Shown: positions 56,298 through 64,000 of the stretch, piece after piece
Position numbering within the stretch: the stretch's first letter is position 1
Layout: each line of letters starts with the position of its first letter
Source of the DNA: Pelagibacterales bacterium SAG-MED28
GTDB taxonomy: Bacteria > Pseudomonadota > Alphaproteobacteria > Pelagibacterales > Pelagibacteraceae
DNA length: 64,000 nucleotides
Reading direction: 5' to 3'
NCBI GenBank assembly: GCA_014653835.1
Contig: JACWDY010000003.1
Location: forward strand, 5,621-69,620
Notes under the pieces: generated by a model
What the model saw: only the letters and a program-made list of their open reading frames with translations
The model's database searches: none
Told to the model about the DNA's origin: nothing
Translations under genes and position numbers: made by a program

Positions 56298-57166
56298 TGC
56301 CAGAATTACCAGAAGTAGAAGTTGTTAAAAGGTCCTTAGTCGATAAAATACAAAATTCAATTGTAAAAGCAGTAAAAATTAATGATGGCAGGTTAAGATA
56401 TAGGGTAGATAAAAATAAAATAAAAAAGATTATTGGTCTTAGGATAAAAAAAATTTCAAGGCGATCAAAATTTCTTCTATTTTTTTTTAATAATAAAACT
56501 GTCATGATTGTTCATCTAGGAATGACAGGAAAATTTTTCTTTATAAACCAGAAAAATACAAAATATAAAACAAGTTTTTATTACGATATAAATGAGGATA
56601 AAGATAAAAGACATGATCGAGTGATATTTAATTTATCAAAAAATCGAAAACTAATTTATAATGATGTAAGAAAATTTGGTTTTATAAAATTTGACCAAAT
56701 AAAAAACATAGATCAAAATTTACATTTAAAAAATTTAGGCCCCGAACCATTGAAAAAAAATTTCAATTTTAGTTATTTTAAGAAATATATAATTAATAAA
56801 AATAGAACCATTAAAGATATTTTAATGGATCAGAAATTTATTTCAGGTTTAGGCAACATATATGTTAATGAGACACTTTTCTTTAGTGGTATAAAACCCA
56901 CAAAAAAAGTAAAGAATCTTTCTGATAGTGAAATTAGACAAATTATAAAATTTACAAAAAAAATATTAAGTAAGGCAATTACCTTAGGTGGTTCTTCAAT
57001 AAAAAATTTTTCTAGCGACAATGGAAAAAAGGGTTCATTTCAGGAGTATTTTAGCGTTTATGGAAAAAAGGGAGATAAATGTTCTAAAAAAAGCTGCGAT
57101 AGTGACATCATTAAAATTGTAATATCTAATCGAGCAACTTTTTATTGTAATAAATGTCAAAAATAA
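56297..57166 (+). CDS. mutM: Formamidopyrimidine-DNA glycosylase
   Basis: MPELPEVE, HLGMTG, GLGNIY; C-terminal zinc finger. Confidence 0.97.
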   Translation: MPELPEVEVVKRSLVDKIQNSIVKAVKINDGRLRYRVDKNKIKKIIGLRIKKISRRSKFLLFFFNNKTVMIVHLGMTGKFFFINQKNTKYKTSFYYDINEDKDKRHDRVIFNLSKNRKLIYNDVRKFGFIKFDQIKNIDQNLHLKNLGPEPLKKNFNFSYFKKYIINKNRTIKDILMDQKFISGLGNIYVNETLFFSGIKPTKKVKNLSDSEIRQIIKFTKKILSKAITLGGSSIKNFSSDNGKKGSFQEYFSVYGKKGDKCSKKSCDSDIIKIVISNRATFYCNKCQK

Positions 57167-57171
57167 TAAAG

Positions 57172-57200
57172 TTGACCGTGTTAAATTGCCAATATATACA
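57172..57200 (+). promoter_or_regulatory. sigma70-type promoter of rpsT
   Basis: TTGACC-N17-TATACA, 10 nt before the ATG. Confidence 0.55.
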
Positions 57201-57210
57201 ATCCTAAATT

Positions 57211-57471
57211 ATGCCTAATACCAAATCAGCAATCAGAAGAGTAAGAAGGGTTAAAAAACAAACCCAAGTTAATAGAATAAGAAAAAGTAAGTATAAAAAT
57301 GCGATAAAACAGATGGAACTTCTCCTCAAAGGAAAAGAAAGAGAGAAAGCAAAAAAATACTTTTCAAAATTTCAATCAATTCTAATGCAGGTTGCTAAGT
57401 CAGGTATAATAAGCAAAAATACAGCAGCAAGAAAAATTTCTAGGACTTCAAAAAAAATTCTCTCTAAATAA
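57211..57471 (+). CDS. rpsT: 30S ribosomal protein S20
   Basis: MPNTKSAIRR, N..RKS, KNTAARKISR. Confidence 0.96.
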   Translation: MPNTKSAIRRVRRVKKQTQVNRIRKSKYKNAIKQMELLLKGKEREKAKKYFSKFQSILMQVAKSGIISKNTAARKISRTSKKILSK

Positions 57472-57704
57472 TCAATCTTAAGTTGATAGACCGTTAATAG
57501 CTTAAATTTTTAAATTAATAAATATCTACATTTAGATTTTTTAAACTAAATATTGAAACTTAAATCGAAGAGTTGCAAATTTTTTTTAATTCTATCTGAA
57601 CGTTAATCGTACAACCCAACTTCAATTTTTTTTTTGTTTTTTATAAATAGTTGTTGCATATTTTTTCAAAAAGTCTTTATTAGAATTTCTTAATAATTAT
57701 CTAC

Positions 57705-59096
57705 ATGGAAAATAATAATACAAAAAAACAAAATGCATTTATTTCTGAAGAAGAAAAAACGCTTAAATGGGATGAAATACAAAGCGCATTTAAAAAATCC
57801 TTTGGAAGTGAAATTTACAATAGTTGGTTGCAAAAAATTTCTTTAGTAAAAGAATTCAATGATTATCTTGTACTTGGGGTGCCAACGCGTTTTTTCAGAG
57901 ATTGGATAGTCTCAAGATACCTGGATAAAATTCTTGAGCAAGTAAAAAGTTTCAAACTAAGTTTGAATAGAATAGAGTTCAAAATAATAGAGGAAAATAA
58001 ACAAAACCAAGAATTTATTAAAATTGATGAGCTCAATAAAGTTACTGAAATCAAAGATTCAATTTTAAATTATAATCGATTAAATCCTAATTTAAGTTTT
58101 GACAGTTTTATTCAAGGGAAAAGTAATGATATAGCTTTATCTTATTCCAAAAAAGTATGTGAACATATCTCTCGTTATAATCCATTATATATATGCGGAG
58201 GTGTTGGTTTAGGCAAAACTCACTTATTAAATGCTATTGGTTTACAACTTCAAGCTGATAACAACGTGATGTTTATTTCCGCTGAGAGGTTCATGTATCA
58301 TTTTATTAAATCTATAAAAAAAAATGATATGGTTAACTTTAAAGATTTTTTTCGAAAATCTTCTGTTTTTATAATAGACGATATTCAATTTATGAGTGGT
58401 AAGGAGAGTTTACAGGAAGAATTTTTTCATACCTTTAACAGCTTGATGGATAAAGGTTCCCAGATAATAATTTCGTCAGACCGCTCTCCTATGAAATTAG
58501 ACAGAGTTCAAGACAGAATTAAGTCTAGATTAGCTGGGGGTCTCGTCGTGGATATTGAAACGCCAGATTTAGAATTAAAAATAAAAATTATTAAAAAGAA
58601 AATTGAAGAAATTCAAAATCAATTTAAAGAGAGTATCATTTTAAGCGAAGAAGTGATCAACTACATTGCTAGCGAAAGCAAAACAAACATAAGAGAGCTT
58701 ATAGGAGTTTTAAACAGGTTAATTGCTTTTAGTAGAGTGCACAATAAAAATTTAACAATAAGTGATTGTAAAAATATTTTAAAGGATGTTTTCAACCAAA
58801 TTAGGGTAATAACAGTAGATAAAATTCAAAACATCGTATCAAATTATTTTAATATTGCTTTAAGCGAAATGCTTTCGCAAAGAAGATCAAGACCTTTGGC
58901 AAGACCTAGACAGATAGCAATGTACTTAGCAAAAAAAATGACCACAAGATCTTTACCAGAAATTGGTAGAAGATTTGCAAATCGTGACCACACAACTGTT
59001 ATTCATGCTGTTAAAACTATTACCAGACTTTCCGAACAAGATGATGAAATGAAAAAAAACATCAGTCAGATTAAAAGTTTATTATTAGAGCAGTAA
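57705..59096 (+). CDS. dnaA: Chromosomal replication initiator DnaA
   Basis: YNPLYICGGVGLGKTHLL, IDDIQF, RPRQIAMYL, RDHTTV.HA. Confidence 0.98.
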   Translation: MENNNTKKQNAFISEEEKTLKWDEIQSAFKKSFGSEIYNSWLQKISLVKEFNDYLVLGVPTRFFRDWIVSRYLDKILEQVKSFKLSLNRIEFKIIEENKQNQEFIKIDELNKVTEIKDSILNYNRLNPNLSFDSFIQGKSNDIALSYSKKVCEHISRYNPLYICGGVGLGKTHLLNAIGLQLQADNNVMFISAERFMYHFIKSIKKNDMVNFKDFFRKSSVFIIDDIQFMSGKESLQEEFFHTFNSLMDKGSQIIISSDRSPMKLDRVQDRIKSRLAGGLVVDIETPDLELKIKIIKKKIEEIQNQFKESIILSEEVINYIASESKTNIRELIGVLNRLIAFSRVHNKNLTISDCKNILKDVFNQIRVITVDKIQNIVSNYFNIALSEMLSQRRSRPLARPRQIAMYLAKKMTTRSLPEIGRRFANRDHTTVIHAVKTITRLSEQDDEMKKNISQIKSLLLEQ

Positions 59097-59100
59097 ATAA

Positions 59101-60216
59101 ATGCAATTTGTTGTTAAAAGGGATATCTTACTAAAATCATTGAATTTTGTTCAAGGTGTAGTTGAAAAAAAAAATACGCTACCAATTTTATCAAACGTTT
59201 TATTGCAGCTTAAAGATAACAAGTTGTCAATAGTTGCTACAGATCTTGACATAATTTTTTACGATGAAATTAGTGACGTTAAAATATTGAAAGAAGGAAG
59301 CACAACGACTTCTGCGGCAATACTGTATGATATATTGAGAAAAATTTCGTCAAACTCAGAGCTTAACTTTGATTTAAAATCAGAAAATAAATTAAGCCTA
59401 AAAAGTGAAAACGCAGACTTTAATCTTTTATGTCTTCCAACTGATAATTTTCCAAGTTTTGCAGATGAATTTGAAGGTAGAGAAATTAGTTTAAACAACA
59501 ACAGGTTTTTAAAACTTTTAAATAAAACTAGAATTTCAATATCTAATGATGATACTAGACATTATTTAAACGGAATATTTTTACACCTTACCGAGGCTCA
59601 CGGAAGAAATTTTTTAACTGGCGTTGCTACGGATAGCCATAGACTATCTTCAAGTAGTCTAGAAATTGAAAAAACTGATGATTTTACGTCACTGATACTA
59701 CCCAGAAAAACAGTATTTCAACTTTGTTCTCTTCTAGCAGAGACATCGGATCAACTCACTATGCAAACAAGTGAAAATAAAATCAAATTTAAAATTGGTA
59801 ACATAAAATTAATATCTAAAGTGATAGACGGTAAATTTCCTGATTATAAAAAAGTTGTACCAACATCTAACGATAAAAGATTAATTGTATCTTCCAAAGA
59901 TTTTATAAATTCAATCGAGAGAGTTGCAAGTGTCTCTCTTGATAGAAAAGAAGGTGTTAAATTAGTTGTAAATAAGGATAACGTTCAACTTTCTGTAAAT
60001 AGTGCTAATTCTGGAGAGGGAAATGAGAAAATAAAAGCTGAATTTAATTCTGAAAATTTGAATATTAGTTTTAATTCAAAATATTTAATTGATATTGCAT
60101 CAGAAGTAGAGGATAAAAATTTAAAAATGAATTTAAAAGACTCCGTATCTCCAGTTCTTATCGAGGATGCTTCAGATAAAAATAGTTTTTACGTTATTAT
60201 GCCAATGAAAATCTAA
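59101..60216 (+). CDS. dnaN: DNA polymerase III beta clamp
   Basis: PILSNVL, ATD, ATDSHRL, GKFPDY, VIMPMKI. Confidence 0.97.
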   Translation: MQFVVKRDILLKSLNFVQGVVEKKNTLPILSNVLLQLKDNKLSIVATDLDIIFYDEISDVKILKEGSTTTSAAILYDILRKISSNSELNFDLKSENKLSLKSENADFNLLCLPTDNFPSFADEFEGREISLNNNRFLKLLNKTRISISNDDTRHYLNGIFLHLTEAHGRNFLTGVATDSHRLSSSSLEIEKTDDFTSLILPRKTVFQLCSLLAETSDQLTMQTSENKIKFKIGNIKLISKVIDGKFPDYKKVVPTSNDKRLIVSSKDFINSIERVASVSLDRKEGVKLVVNKDNVQLSVNSANSGEGNEKIKAEFNSENLNISFNSKYLIDIASEVEDKNLKMNLKDSVSPVLIEDASDKNSFYVIMPMKI

Positions 60217-60337
60217 ATTTGCAGATTATTAGAATTTTTTTTATTTTAAGCTCTAAAATTGTTGGTAGGTAATCGTTTTAGATCACTTTTGTCACCGGCG
60301 ATTTTATATTCAGTAAAAAAAATGATATACTTAATAA

Positions 60338-62404
<2,067 letters not shown>

Positions 62405-62411
62405 TTAAGCG

Positions 62412-63695
62412 ATGGATTTTTCAACTCTCTTTCGAACTAAAGAGAATTTAAATTTAGATAAAAGCACCTTAACAATACTAAGATATATTGCAATTCTTGG
62501 CCAATTCGCTGCAATTAATATTGTCTTTTTCTATCTTGATTTAGAATTTCCAATTAAAGAAACCTATATAATTATCTTTATAGGACTATTAACTAATCTC
62601 TTTCTTCAATTTAAAATTAAAGTAAATCAATTGAAAGATACATACGCTTCGTTGTTTCTTTTATATGATTTATTTCAACTTAGTGCTCTCTTATATCTTA
62701 CTGGAGGGATTTTAAATCCGTTTATAATATTATTAATAATACCAACAATAGTGTCCTCAACTTTTTTAAGTATGGGGACTACAATTATTTTAGGAGTGAT
62801 AACATCTTTCTTATTATTTCTCCTTACCTACACACATCATCATCTTCCATTACCCGGTCTAAATTCAGAAATATTTGAAGTTCCTAATTTTTATAAGCAA
62901 GGGATCTTAATAGCAATTCTAATAGGATTAATTTTTTTGAGTTACTTTGGAATTAGATTTGCAGGTGAAACAAAAAAAAGATCGGAAGCATTAAATAAAT
63001 TACAAGAGGTGATTTCAAAAGAGTATGAATTAGAGTCATTAGGCGGTCAAGCAGCAGCAGCAGCACATTCATTGGGAACACCACTTGCTACTATTGCAGT
63101 TGTTGCCAAAGAATTAAAAAAAGAAATTGGTGATGACAAAAATTTCTCAAAAGATATTGATCTTTTGATTAGTCAAACAAAAAGATGCAGTGATATATTA
63201 AAAAAAATCTCTAAAAAACAAATCAAAGATGATATTTTTTTAAGTTCAATAAAATTTGAAGATTTATTAGAAGAAATTATAAATTCATTTAAAGAAACTT
63301 CGTCAAAAAAAATAAAACTTTCTATTCAAGATGATAAAAATAAAATTGATATAGATCGAACACCGGAAATTATTTACGGTTTAAGAAATTTTATAGGCAA
63401 CGCTAATAAATTTTCAAAAAGTAAGGTTAATGTCTATTTAAAAAGTAATGATAGAGAAGTTACTGTAATAATCAAAGATGATGGCCCAGGATTCCCTGAC
63501 GATATTTTTAATTTTTTAGGTGAACCATACATAAAATCAAAATCAAAAGAGACTGGTTCAAATGCAGGGCTAGGTTTGGGAACTTTCCTTGGTAAGACTC
63601 TTTTAGAAAAACAAGGAGCAAAACTAAGTTTTAAGAATCATCATAATGGAGCAGAAGTAAAAATAGATTTTACTTTATCAAAACTTATTAAATAG
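62412..63695 (+). CDS. regB: RegB/PrrB/ActS redox sensor histidine kinase
   Basis: LYLTGG.LNPF quinone-binding motif, AAAAH.LGTP H-box, KRC redox Cys, DDGPG, GLGLG. Confidence 0.92.
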   Translation: MDFSTLFRTKENLNLDKSTLTILRYIAILGQFAAINIVFFYLDLEFPIKETYIIIFIGLLTNLFLQFKIKVNQLKDTYASLFLLYDLFQLSALLYLTGGILNPFIILLIIPTIVSSTFLSMGTTIILGVITSFLLFLLTYTHHHLPLPGLNSEIFEVPNFYKQGILIAILIGLIFLSYFGIRFAGETKKRSEALNKLQEVISKEYELESLGGQAAAAAHSLGTPLATIAVVAKELKKEIGDDKNFSKDIDLLISQTKRCSDILKKISKKQIKDDIFLSSIKFEDLLEEIINSFKETSSKKIKLSIQDDKNKIDIDRTPEIIYGLRNFIGNANKFSKSKVNVYLKSNDREVTVIIKDDGPGFPDDIFNFLGEPYIKSKSKETGSNAGLGLGTFLGKTLLEKQGAKLSFKNHHNGAEVKIDFTLSKLIK

Positions 63696-63999
63696 GCTCT
63701 TGTTGGGTCATACAGTGAATTGCACCGAATCCCCAAATTAATTCAGAACAATTAATAGGGATTATCTTTCTTGATTTAAAATTCTTTTTGAAAATATTAA
63801 TAACAATTTTGTCTTTAGCATCATTAAAAACTGGAACTAAAACGATTTTATTAGCTATATAAAAATTTAAATATGTTGCAGGCACCCTGGTTCCCTCAAT
63901 AATTTTAGGACTAGGCATTGGTATCTTTATTATTTTAAGCTTTTTCTTATCAATTATTGTTTTTTTTAAGATATCTAAATTTTTTTTTAAATTTTTAAA
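63688..63999 (-). CDS. Agmatine deiminase family, 3' part (5' end outside the window)
   Basis: ATYLNFYIAN, VPVF, GFGAIHCMTQQ; frame is open to the window edge. Confidence 0.9.
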   Translation of the reverse strand, partial: FKNLKKNLDILKKTIIDKKKLKIIKIPMPSPKIIEGTRVPATYLNFYIANKIVLVPVFNDAKDKIVINIFKKNFKSRKIIPINCSELIWGFGAIHCMTQQEPI

Positions 64000-64000
64000 A

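Noticed and set aside
57472-57704. rpsT-dnaA intergenic region as oriC or an ncRNA
   Set aside because: I found no TTATCCACA-type DnaA boxes, no properly spaced CtrA TTAA-N7-TTAA site and no stable structure.

Overview
A very AT-rich, gene-dense core-chromosome window from a streamlined alphaproteobacterium, most likely SAR11/Pelagibacterales. That assignment is inferred from gene order, short intergenic spaces and protein style, not from a search. The order is mnmE-mnmG-rsmG-parA-parB, holA-lptE-leuS, a two-porin locus, yggS, dapB-dnaJ-dnaK-grpE, maeB, murJ-trpS, fur-miaB-phoH-ybeY-lnt-metK, nusA-infB-rbfA-rpsO-pnp, fabIBA, irr-katG, dut-coaBC-ubiB-ubiE, mutM-rpsT-dnaA-dnaN-gyrB, regB and a partial agmatine deiminase. 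I saw no rRNA, tRNA, CRISPR array, integrase or transposase. Main observations: (1) a 1681-bp module (HTH-only LysR plus a second porin paralog) lies between perfect 39-bp direct repeats; each repeat is a bidirectional terminator and also encodes the same C-terminus in two unrelated genes. (2) The ORF track misses a 35-aa ArfA-like peptide and a 56-aa membrane peptide. (3) Two parS sites lie inside rsmG. (4) Twin Irr (ICE) boxes precede irr and a katG-hydroxylase-DUF2061 cluster. (5) Several head-to-head gene pairs have little or no intergenic space, including an 11-bp bidirectional leaderless promoter. (6) A rimP-leader-like attenuator remains although rimP is absent here.
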